64,000 nt of DNA, taken from NCBI GenBank assembly GCA_965208575.1, contig CBDBOV010000006.1, positions 352,001 through 416,000 on the forward strand, in the 5' to 3' direction. The notes under the pieces are model-generated. The model saw only the letters and a list, made by a program, of their open reading frames with translations, did not search any database and had not been told where the DNA came from. A program made the position numbers and the translations under genes. Numbering within the stretch: position 1 is the stretch's first letter; the number at the start of each line of letters is the position of its first letter. The stretch comes from Spirochaetia bacterium. Lineage in GTDB: Bacteria; Spirochaetota; Spirochaetia; SZUA-6; Bin103. Positions 48,422-56,980 of this stretch are shown here, piece after piece.

Positions 48422-49858
48422 ATGCGGCGGCGCAGCGAACCTGGCGCCGCGATCACCTCGGTGGGCGATCTGCGCGGCATGCGCGCCACGGTGATGGGGC
48501 TCGGCCTGCACGGCGGCGGACTGACCGCGGCGCAGTTCCTGGTCCGGCACGGCGCGCGGGTCACGGTGACCGACCTGCGCGACGAGACGGTGCTGGCGCC
48601 GTCGCTCGACCGGCTGGCCGGCCCGGTACGCCTGGTGCTCGGCCGCCACGAGGTGCACGACTTCGCCGCGGCCGACCTGGTGATCAAGAATCCCGGGGTG
48701 CCGGCCGGTTCACGCTTCCTGAACGCCGCCCGGCAGGCCGGTACGGCGGTGGAAAACGACATCTCCCTGTTCCGCCGCCTGCACCCGGACGCCCCGGTGG
48801 CTGCCGTGACCGGCAGCAAGGGCAAGTCGACGACGGCGTCCGCGCTGCACCACGCACTGCGCCGCTGGCACCCCGACGCGTGCCTCGGCGGCAACATTAC
48901 CGTGTCGCCGCTCGCGTTCGCCGACCGTCTCGCCCCCGGCACGCCGGTGGTGCTGGAACTCTCCTCCTGGCAACTCGGCGACCTGCCGGATCCGGCGCTG
49001 CTGCGCGCGCGGGTGGCGGTGTTGACCAACATCCTGCCCGACCACCAGGACCGCTACCGTTCGATGCACGCCTACGCGGCGGACAAGCTGCGGGTGTTCG
49101 CCGGGCAGGGCGCGGCCGACCGGGCGCTGTTCGGCCCGGACACCTGGCAATGGGTCGAGACGCCGCCGGCCGCCTCGGTGTGGCACCTGGCGGACGGCAG
49201 GTTGCCGAGCGGGTACGCGGGGGCGGAAGTGGACGGCGGCCTGCTGCGGCTGCGTGACCCGGAGGTCGGCGAGGTGGCAGCGCCGGCCCTGCCGGCCGGG
49301 CGGCTGCCCGGCCGGCACAACCTGCTCAACCTGGCCGCGGCGGCACTTGCCACGACCGCCCTGGCCGGCATCCACGAGCTGCCGGCGGCGGTTGCCGCGC
49401 TGGCCGACTTCGGCGGCCTGGAACACCGCCTGGAGAGCGTTGCCGTGTGGCAGGGCATCCACGTCGTCAACGACTCGGCGGCCACCATGCCGCACGCCAC
49501 CGCGGCCGCCCTGGCGGCGTTCCCGGCGCCGGTGACCCTGATAGCCGGGGGCAACGACAAACAGCTCGAGTTCGGCGGCCTGCGCGCCGCCCTCGGCCCG
49601 GTGGAGACCGTCGTGCTGCTCGCCGGCACCGCGACCGGCAAGCTGGCCGCGGCACTCTCCGGCAGCGGCGTCGCGATTCGCGGGCCGTTCGGCGACCTGC
49701 GCGATGCGGTTCGGGAGGCGTTCGCGGCGACACGGGCCGGGGGCACGCTGCTGTTCTCGCCGGGCGCCACCTCGTTCGGCATGTTCGCGCACGAATTCGC
49801 ACGCGGCGCCGAGTTCAAGCAGGCGGTGCGCGAGTACACTGCCGGCGGCGCGGACTGA
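48422..49858 (+). CDS. murD: UDP-N-acetylmuramoyl-L-alanine--D-glutamate ligase
   Basis: VMGLGLHGGG, VIKNPGV, VTGSKGKSTT, GGNI, LELSSWQL, DHQDRY, EHRLE, NDSAAT, FSPGATSF. Confidence 0.95.
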   Translation: MRRRSEPGAAITSVGDLRGMRATVMGLGLHGGGLTAAQFLVRHGARVTVTDLRDETVLAPSLDRLAGPVRLVLGRHEVHDFAAADLVIKNPGVPAGSRFLNAARQAGTAVENDISLFRRLHPDAPVAAVTGSKGKSTTASALHHALRRWHPDACLGGNITVSPLAFADRLAPGTPVVLELSSWQLGDLPDPALLRARVAVLTNILPDHQDRYRSMHAYAADKLRVFAGQGAADRALFGPDTWQWVETPPAASVWHLADGRLPSGYAGAEVDGGLLRLRDPEVGEVAAPALPAGRLPGRHNLLNLAAAALATTALAGIHELPAAVAALADFGGLEHRLESVAVWQGIHVVNDSAATMPHATAAALAAFPAPVTLIAGGNDKQLEFGGLRAALGPVETVVLLAGTATGKLAAALSGSGVAIRGPFGDLRDAVREAFAATRAGGTLLFSPGATSFGMFAHEFARGAEFKQAVREYTAGGAD

Positions 49859-49861
49859 CGG

Positions 49862-50983
49862 TCAGCAGGTCTCCGCCGCACGTGCCGCGCGCGGGCGGCT
49901 GCGCAGCCGGGCGAGCCGGGGCCGCAGGCGGGCATAGTAGTCGCGGCGCAACACCTCGGCGCGGCGGAACAACAGGTAGGAGAGCGGCCGCAGCGCGTAG
50001 TCCCAGCAGCCCGGGCGATGCACGATCGATCCGCCGAAACCGGTCTTGAACCGGTACAGGCCGGCCCACGGATGGTCGGCATCGGCTGACGGCGAGATGC
50101 CGTACAGGTCGTAGGAGCGACAGCCGCGGTCGCGGGCCAGCCGCATTGCCGCCCATTGCAGGGCGTAGTTGGCCATCAGGGAGCGGTGGCGCGGCGTCGA
50201 CGCGCCGTACAGGTAGCGCGCCATGCGCCCGCACACGCTGACAATGACGCCGCCGACCGGCTCGCCACGGTGGCTCGCCGACAGCAGGTACAACTCCGGC
50301 TCCGGGTTCACGCTCTCCGCCGCGAGGGCGAACAGGGTGGCGAAGTAGCGCTCGTCGTGCGCGGTGATGTGATGACGTGCCGCGGTGCCCCGGTACAGCC
50401 GGTACCACTCCGCGAGCGGCGCGCCGAGCGCGTCCGCGGCCATCAGGACGGCAACGGCGACGCCGCGGCGCCCCGCGAGCCGAACGTTGTAGCGCGTCTT
50501 GGCTTTCATTCGCGCCAGCAATTGCTCCTCGGGAGCGGCGAGGTCGACGATCACGGTGCTGGTGGGCTGTACGTCCACCGGCGCGCGGCGCAGGCGTCCG
50601 GCGGCGCCCAGCGGCGGTCGGTCGCCGTCCGGCGACGGCCATGCAAGGTCGTAGCGCACCAGGGTGGGCCGCGCGCCCCCCGCTGCGGCGCCTCGGTTGC
50701 CGGCGGCGCGGTGGCGCTCGGCAATGTGCGGCGCGAGCTGGCCGAGCAGCGCGGCACCCGATCCGTCGCCGGGGGGCGGCACCCCGCCCGGCGCGTACAC
50801 CAGGGCGCCGAACGGCGTCGCGCGAGCCAGCGTCAGCAGGGTGCCGCCGCCGCCGGCTGCCAGCCAACGCAGCGCGTGCGTCCGCCAGCCGAAGCGCTCC
50901 TTGAAGCGTCCCCACAGGGCGCTCTGCAGCAGTTCGTCGCCCGGCTGCAACTCTTCCAGGGCGATCGGTCGGACGTCCGCCAT
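49862..50983 (-). CDS. FemABX-family peptidoglycan bridge aminoacyltransferase
   Basis: LLQSALWG.FK..GW, VQP.ST..VDL, KTRYNVRLA, YLYGAS, NYALQW, YDLYGI, GLYRFKTGFGG. Confidence 0.92.
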   Translation of the reverse strand: MADVRPIALEELQPGDELLQSALWGRFKERFGWRTHALRWLAAGGGGTLLTLARATPFGALVYAPGGVPPPGDGSGAALLGQLAPHIAERHRAAGNRGAAAGGARPTLVRYDLAWPSPDGDRPPLGAAGRLRRAPVDVQPTSTVIVDLAAPEEQLLARMKAKTRYNVRLAGRRGVAVAVLMAADALGAPLAEWYRLYRGTAARHHITAHDERYFATLFALAAESVNPEPELYLLSASHRGEPVGGVIVSVCGRMARYLYGASTPRHRSLMANYALQWAAMRLARDRGCRSYDLYGISPSADADHPWAGLYRFKTGFGGSIVHRPGCWDYALRPLSYLLFRRAEVLRRDYYARLRPRLARLRSRPRAARAAETC

Positions 50984-51043
50984 GGCGTATCTTACCGCCA
51001 CGGCGGGTGCTCCCGCCACGGCGGCCCGCGTGCCGTCCCGGGG

Positions 51044-52312
51044 CTACGGGCGCAACGCGGCGATGAGCCTCTCCGCTTCCTCGACCGAAATCTTGCCCTC
51101 CTTCAGCAGATCGAGGACCGTCTTCACCTCGGCGCCGCCGCCATCGTCGGGCGCCGCGCCGGCGGAGGCCTCGGCGCCCTCCTCGTGCCACGGGCGCGGC
51201 CCGCGACGCTCGCCGTCGCCGCCGCCGAACCGGAACGCGCGGCGCATCTCGCGCGAGACTTCCTCGCCGAGGCGCCCGAACTTCATTCCGAACTCCTTCA
51301 TGTCGCGCATGAAGCGGGGAAACTCCTCGCTGAAGTCCACGTCGAACCAGACGCCGTAGTTGCGTGCATCGTCGTCGGAGAAACCGTCGTCCGCGGTGCG
51401 GCGCGACTCGAAATCGGCATGTTTGGTCACCTCGATACCTCCTCTCAGGTTCTTGATCAGAATGAGCAGTTGCGGCTCGCCGTCGCCGAACTGCAGCGTG
51501 GTCACGGAGCGGTCGGTGCGGCTGCGGGCGCTGCCGAGGTGGTTGCGCAGCACGCCGCCGGTGTGTGCCTTGACGGTCGCGTTGATGCGCTCCGGCAGCG
51601 CCACCGTGACCGGTCCGTTGGCGGAATACACCGACAGCCGGCCGTCGCCGCCGTCGGCTTCCTCAGCGGCCGCGGTTTCGGGAACCGGGTCGGACGCCGC
51701 GGCCAGCGGGGCAATCTGCAGCGCGATGCGTCCGTTGGCGCTGCGCACGGTGCCGCCGCCGATGCGGGCGTCCGCCGCGCGCACGCGGCCGTTGGAGGTG
51801 GAAACGCGCAACCGGGGCGTCTCGATATCGTGCAGCGAGACCGAGCCATTGGCGGCGGAAACGTCCACGCCCGGACCGTGCACGGCCGACAGGTGCACCG
51901 AGCCGTTGGCGGCGCCGGCGCTCACCGGACCGCGGTTGTTGCGCACGTTGATCGCGCCATTGCGGGTGCGCAGGTGCAACTGCCCCGCCAGGTCGCGCGT
52001 CTCGATGCCGCCGTTGCGGCTGCGCAGGCGCAGGCGCGTCGGCTCCGGAACCTGCACCAGCAGGCGGCCCTTGGCGGCGGCATCGGGGTCTTCAAGCCGC
52101 TGCTCCTCCAGGCAGACGATCGGCGGTCCGCCGTCGTCCGACTCGCGCGTGCGCACCACGAACCGTTCGCCGGTATCGCGCGGGACCTCCTCGCCGGCGG
52201 GGATGAAGCGGGCCGTCGCGCCGCCGCCGCTCGGCTCCACCTCCAGGCTGGTGTTGCGCAGCGAAATCTCCAGGGCCGGGTCGTGTTCCGGCAGTGGCAG
52301 GGTAATGGTCAT
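51044..52312 (-). CDS. DUF4097 (Toast-rack beta-repeat) protein with C-terminal SHOCT domain
   Basis: Repeated (S/T/A)xNGxI/V units; C-terminal VLDLLKEGKISVEEAERLIAAL. Confidence 0.85.
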   Translation of the reverse strand: MTITLPLPEHDPALEISLRNTSLEVEPSGGGATARFIPAGEEVPRDTGERFVVRTRESDDGGPPIVCLEEQRLEDPDAAAKGRLLVQVPEPTRLRLRSRNGGIETRDLAGQLHLRTRNGAINVRNNRGPVSAGAANGSVHLSAVHGPGVDVSAANGSVSLHDIETPRLRVSTSNGRVRAADARIGGGTVRSANGRIALQIAPLAAASDPVPETAAAEEADGGDGRLSVYSANGPVTVALPERINATVKAHTGGVLRNHLGSARSRTDRSVTTLQFGDGEPQLLILIKNLRGGIEVTKHADFESRRTADDGFSDDDARNYGVWFDVDFSEEFPRFMRDMKEFGMKFGRLGEEVSREMRRAFRFGGGDGERRGPRPWHEEGAEASAGAAPDDGGGAEVKTVLDLLKEGKISVEEAERLIAALRP

Positions 52313-52384
52313 CGGATCCTCCTCGGGGCGGCTCCCCGGTTGGCAGCTCTCCACCGGGGGCTGCGGACTACGTCGCGCCGTGCA

Positions 52385-52903
52385 TCAGCCATCGCGCAGG
52401 CCTCGCAGGGCTTCGTCGACGGTGATGCGGCCGGCGCGCAGGTCGCGCAGCAGCGCCAGCCGCTCACTACGTTCTCTTGCGTCGGACGCCTCGGCGTTGC
52501 GCCCCCGGGTACCATGCCCGCGGGCGCCGCGCCGCTCGGCGCCGCCCCCGGCGGCGGCGCTCCACGGGCGGGCGTCCGCATCGTCGGGCGCGCCGGGCGC
52601 GATGCCGGCGTCGGCGCGCAGGCGCGCCTCCGCCAGCCGGGCGTTGACGCTTGCCAGCCGCGCCTTCACGGTGGGATAGGAGATCCCGAGGCGGCGCTCA
52701 ACGCTGCGAAAGTTGCCCTCCACCTCGAGGAACACGCCCACGAAGTGCAGCAGCTCCTCCGGCAGGGCGCACAGTTCGCAGCGCCGGAACAGACCCCTCA
52801 GGACTACACCGCAACCCCGGCAACGATACTCCTGGACCAGGAGTTCGTCGCTGCACACCGGACACGCCGCCAACTCGTCACGGACGCCTTCGTTGCCGAT
52901 CAT
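52385..52903 (-). CDS. DUF2089 family zinc-ribbon/HTH protein with SHOCT-like tail
   Basis: CPVC..CRGC, F..VEGNFRSVERRLGISYPTVKARL, LRAGRITVDEAL. Confidence 0.9.
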   Translation of the reverse strand: MIGNEGVRDELAACPVCSDELLVQEYRCRGCGVVLRGLFRRCELCALPEELLHFVGVFLEVEGNFRSVERRLGISYPTVKARLASVNARLAEARLRADAGIAPGAPDDADARPWSAAAGGGAERRGARGHGTRGRNAEASDARERSERLALLRDLRAGRITVDEALRGLRDG

Positions 52904-52924
52904 GTGCGGACCAATGTCGCGGCA

Positions 52925-52966
52925 ACCCTTCAATAAGTCAATAGCGACCTTGAATTATTAAAGGGT
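52925..52966. promoter_or_regulatory. AT-rich 17-bp-arm inverted repeat (candidate operator)
   Basis: ACCCTTCAATAAGTCAA-N8-TTGAATTATTAAAGGGT, 2 mismatches; contains the minus-strand TTGACT -35. Confidence 0.7.
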
Positions 52967-53105
52967 ACATCCTTGAAACTCGTTTCCATGAGGCTCGTCG
53001 TTTCTTGACTCGCCCGCCCGCGCGCGCTACGTTCACTCTGACCGTACAGCCGTCTGCCACGATGCGAATCGACGCGCCAGGTGGACAGGTATCCCAGGGG
53101 GAGTC

Positions 53106-54092
53106 ATGGCAGAACGTGACGTGACTCCGGCGCGCATGGCGGGCAACTTCAGTCCGCGTGCCGTCGGGGTGGTAATCGGCGTCGTCGTATTATTCGCAAT
53201 AGTAGTGTCGAGCGTATTCGTGGTGGATCAGCGGGAAACCGCGGTGGTGCTGCGCTTCGGAAGATTCCAGCGCACCGCCGACGAGGGCCTGCACTTCAAG
53301 CTGCCGTTCGGCATCGACCGCAACATCAACGTCGAAACCCAGCAGATCAAGAAGCTGGAGTTCGGCTACCGCACGGAACGGGCCGGCGTGCAGACCGTGT
53401 TCTCGGCGCAGGACTTTCCGGAGGAGTCGGTCATGCTGACCGGCGACCTCAACATCGTCGACGTCGAGTGGTCGATCCAGTACCGCATCGTCGACCCGCG
53501 CGCCTACCTGTTCAATGTGCTCGACCAGGAGAAGACGCTGCGCGACATCTCGCAGTCGGTGATCAACCAGCTTGTCGGCGACCGCGCCATCCTCGACGTG
53601 ATCGGCGCCGAGCGCGAGAGCATCGAGTTCATCGGCCAGGAGCGCATGAACGAGATCTTCGCGTCGTACGAACTCGGCATCCGCGTGACCGCCCTCAAGC
53701 TGCAGAACATCGTGCCGCCCAAGGGCGCCGTGCAGAACGCGTTCGAGGACGTGAACAAGGCGATTCAGGACCGCAGCCGGTTCATCGAAGAGGGCAAGGA
53801 AGCCTACAACCAGGCCATTCCGCGCGCCCGCGGCCAGGCACTGCAGATCATCCAGGAGGCGGAGGGCTACAAGGAGGAACGCATCAACCGCGCCCTCGGT
53901 GACACCGCCCGGTTCCGCGCCGTGTACGAGGAGTACGCGCGCAACCCGGACGTGACCCGCGCGCGCCTGTACTTCGAGATGTTCGAGAACGTGTTCCTGA
54001 CCGCGGACGGCACCGACCTGATCGACCGCAACCTCGACAACTTCATTCCTTTGAAGAACCTCGTTCCCACCTTCCAAGGAGCCACCCAGTGA
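53106..54092 (+). CDS. hflK: FtsH modulator HflK
   Basis: VVLRFG, GLHFKLPFGID, MLTGDLNIVDVEW, AFEDVNKA, IPRARG. Confidence 0.95.
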   Translation: MAERDVTPARMAGNFSPRAVGVVIGVVVLFAIVVSSVFVVDQRETAVVLRFGRFQRTADEGLHFKLPFGIDRNINVETQQIKKLEFGYRTERAGVQTVFSAQDFPEESVMLTGDLNIVDVEWSIQYRIVDPRAYLFNVLDQEKTLRDISQSVINQLVGDRAILDVIGAERESIEFIGQERMNEIFASYELGIRVTALKLQNIVPPKGAVQNAFEDVNKAIQDRSRFIEEGKEAYNQAIPRARGQALQIIQEAEGYKEERINRALGDTARFRAVYEEYARNPDVTRARLYFEMFENVFLTADGTDLIDRNLDNFIPLKNLVPTFQGATQ

Positions 54093-55081
54093 AAAAGGGC
54101 GTTACCGTAGGCGTCGTCGTCATATTCTTCATCATCGTGTTCCTGATGCTCGGCCCGCTGTGGGTCTTGCAGGAAGGCGAGCAGGCCGTGCTGCTGCAGT
54201 TCGGGCGCATCGTGAAGTCGAGCCAGGACGCCGGGTTGAAGCTGAAGACCCCGGTCATCGACCGCGTGGTGAAGTTCCCGAAGAAGATCCTGTCTTGGGA
54301 CGGGGCCGCGCAGCGCATTCCCACCGAGGAGAACCAGTTCATCTGGGTGGATACCACCGCGCGCTGGCGGATCGCCGACCCGGGGCTGTTCTACGAGTCG
54401 GTCACCACGATCGACCAGGCCGCCTCGCGTCTCGATGACATCATCGACTCGGAGGTGCGCAAGATCATCTCCCGCAACCCGCTCACCGAGGCGGTGCGCG
54501 ACTCCGACGTGATCAACGAGATCGAGCGGCGCAACGTGTTCGCCACGGCGGGCGCCCAGGACGATCTCGACGACAGCGTGATCGTGGACACCTTCACCCA
54601 GATCACCTACCCGGCGATCCAGACGGGGCGCACGAACCTGTCCGACGAGGTGCTCAGCGAGGCGCAAAGGCTGATCCCGCAGTTCGGCATCGAGCTGATC
54701 GACGTGGTCATCCGCCAGATCAAGTACTCCGACGACCTCACCGAGAGCGTCTACAACCGCATGATCGCCGACCGGCAGCAGATCGCGCAGGCGTTCCGCT
54801 CCGACGGCGAAGGCCAGAAGGCGGACTGGCTCGGCCAGCGCTCGCGCGAGTTGAACGTGATCCTGTCGGCGGCGCAGCGCCAGGCGGAGGAGATCAAGGG
54901 TGAAGCGGATGCGCAGGCGGCCAACATCTACGCCGACGCGTACAACCAGGATCCGGAGTTCTACGAGTTCTGGAAGGCGATCGAGGCGTACCGGACGCTG
55001 ATGCCACGGTTCCGCAAGACGCTGACCACCGACGCCGAGTTCTTCAAGTACCTGTACAACCAGGACGGGGAGCGGCCGTAG
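54089..55081 (+). CDS. hflC: FtsH modulator HflC
   Basis: AVLLQFG, VDTTARWRI.DP, FGIELIDV, VYNRMI, FRSDG, DPEFYEF. Confidence 0.95.
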   Translation: MKKGVTVGVVVIFFIIVFLMLGPLWVLQEGEQAVLLQFGRIVKSSQDAGLKLKTPVIDRVVKFPKKILSWDGAAQRIPTEENQFIWVDTTARWRIADPGLFYESVTTIDQAASRLDDIIDSEVRKIISRNPLTEAVRDSDVINEIERRNVFATAGAQDDLDDSVIVDTFTQITYPAIQTGRTNLSDEVLSEAQRLIPQFGIELIDVVIRQIKYSDDLTESVYNRMIADRQQIAQAFRSDGEGQKADWLGQRSRELNVILSAAQRQAEEIKGEADAQAANIYADAYNQDPEFYEFWKAIEAYRTLMPRFRKTLTTDAEFFKYLYNQDGERP

Positions 55082-55119
55082 CAGCCATTCGGCGGGGCGG
55101 CAGCCTTGCACGCGGGCAG

Positions 55120-56676
55120 ATGAACCCGCTTCCGCTCTCGCGCCTGGTCGCAGCCCTGCGGCCCGGCGCGATCCGCGGGCGCGTGGACCGGGCGGTCACG
55201 GCGATCTGCTACGACAGCCGGACGGTGCGGCCGGGCGCGGCGTTCTTCGCGCAGCCCGGCGCGCACGTCGACGGCCACCGCTTCATCGACGCTGCCGTAG
55301 CAGCCGGCGCGGTTGCCGTGATACACAGCCGCGACTTCGGCGGCGAGCGGTTGCGCGAGCGCGCGCCCGACGTTACCTGGATTCGCGTCGCCGACCCGAC
55401 GGCGGCCCTGTCCGCCGGCGCGGCGTGCTTCTTCGGCCATCCGTGCCAGGAACTGACCATGGTGGGGGTGACGGGGACCAACGGCAAGAGCACCACCGCC
55501 TGGATGATCTACGACCTGCTGCGCGCACTGCAGGTGCCGGCCGGGCTGATTTCGACGGTAGGGGTGGATTACGGCGCGGGCCTGGTCGCCAACCCCGAAC
55601 ACGTCACCACCCCGCTGGCGGTGGAGATGCACGCCGCGCTGCGCGCCATGGTGGACGCCGGGCTGCGCACCGCGGTGGTCGAGGCGTCGTCGTGGGCGCT
55701 GTCCGGCGGCAGCAAGCGGTTGGCCGACCTGCGCTTCGACAGCGGCGTGCTGACCAGCTTCAGCCACGACCACCTCGAGTTGCACGGTACGGCGGCGGCC
55801 TACCTGGCCGCCAAGCTCAACCTGTTCCGCGCCCTGCGCCCGGCAGGCGGCTGCGCGGTCGCGCCGCCGCACCTGGTCGGGCAGGTGCGCGCCGTCACCG
55901 CCGCGCCGGTGTACGCGTTCGGGATCGCGGGAGGCGGCGGCCGAGACGAGGTGCCGTGGGCGTGCCGGGCGGAGATCGACGGCGACGACCGCGGCGATGG
56001 CGACCACCGCGGGCCGCTGCGATTCGCCTTGCATCTCGACGGCGCGGCGGTGCCGGCGTCACTGGCGGCGCGCGGGCGGTTCAACCTCGACAATTGCCTC
56101 GCCGCGGCCTCCGTGGTGGCGCGCCAGTACGCCGTGCCGGCCGCCCGGTTGAGGGATCCGATCGGCGCGCTGCGGCTGCCGCCGGGACACCTTGAGGCGG
56201 TGGACCTGGGCCAGCCGTTCCGGTTGATCGTCGACTACGCGCACACGCCGGAGGCGTTCCGCGCCACCCTGTCGCTGCTCGCCGAGGAGGCCCGCGCCGG
56301 CGGCGGGCGGTTGATCGCGGTGTTCGGCTCGGCGGGCGAGCGGGACATCGACAAGCGGGCGATGCAGGGCCGGGTCGCGGACCGGTTCGCCGACCTGGTG
56401 GTGCTCACCGATGAGGACTGCCGCGGTGAAGATCCGGACGCGATCCTGCGGGATATAGCGGCCGGCTGCCCGCGGCGCCGGGATGGAGACGACCTGATCC
56501 TGGAGGTGGACCGGCGCACCGCCATCGCCCGCGCCATCGCGGCGGCTGGCGGCGGCGACGTGGTGGCGCTGCTTGGCAAGGGCCACGAGGCCTCGATGAT
56601 CGGTCCCGACGGCGCCCATCCGTGGAGCGAGCGCGGCGCCGCCGAGGACGCGCTGCGCGCCGCCGGCTGGGGTTGA
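55120..56676 (+). CDS. murE: MurE ligase (UDP-MurNAc-tripeptide synthetase)
   Basis: YDSR.V.PG, VDGHRF, GVTGTNGKST, TTP, VEASS, DHLELH, VDYAHTP, FGSAGERD..KR, TDEDCR.ED, GKGHE. Confidence 0.95.
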   Translation: MNPLPLSRLVAALRPGAIRGRVDRAVTAICYDSRTVRPGAAFFAQPGAHVDGHRFIDAAVAAGAVAVIHSRDFGGERLRERAPDVTWIRVADPTAALSAGAACFFGHPCQELTMVGVTGTNGKSTTAWMIYDLLRALQVPAGLISTVGVDYGAGLVANPEHVTTPLAVEMHAALRAMVDAGLRTAVVEASSWALSGGSKRLADLRFDSGVLTSFSHDHLELHGTAAAYLAAKLNLFRALRPAGGCAVAPPHLVGQVRAVTAAPVYAFGIAGGGGRDEVPWACRAEIDGDDRGDGDHRGPLRFALHLDGAAVPASLAARGRFNLDNCLAAASVVARQYAVPAARLRDPIGALRLPPGHLEAVDLGQPFRLIVDYAHTPEAFRATLSLLAEEARAGGGRLIAVFGSAGERDIDKRAMQGRVADRFADLVVLTDEDCRGEDPDAILRDIAAGCPRRRDGDDLILEVDRRTAIARAIAAAGGGDVVALLGKGHEASMIGPDGAHPWSERGAAEDALRAAGWG

Positions 56677-56686
56677 CGGCGGCGAT

Positions 56687-56980
56687 GTGCGGCAGCAGCC
56701 GACGCCCCGAGCGAGCGCGTCGCATGCCGCGGTCAGCGGCGGCCGTGCGCAGCGAAGCACACCGCCGCCCGCGCTACGCGGGTGCCGGTTGCACCGAGGC
56801 GCGGCGGCGCCGTTGGTGCCGGCGCCGCAACGAGGAAGCCCGGCGCACGCGGCGGTGCGCGGCGGCCGCGGGCAGCGGAGCGCGCCGGCCCGCGCGGTGC
56901 GGCGTGGCCGGATGCACGGGGGCGTGGCGGCGCCCGTGGTGCGGGGTGGCCGGGTGCATGGCGGCGCTGCGGCGCCCGTT
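56687..56980 (+). repeat. Degenerate ~42-bp tandem array (about 7 units)
   Basis: Units start at 56687, 56732, 56774, 56816, 56855, 56897 and 56939; the last two encode CGVAGCTGAWRRPW and CGVAGCMAALRRPL. Confidence 0.65.
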
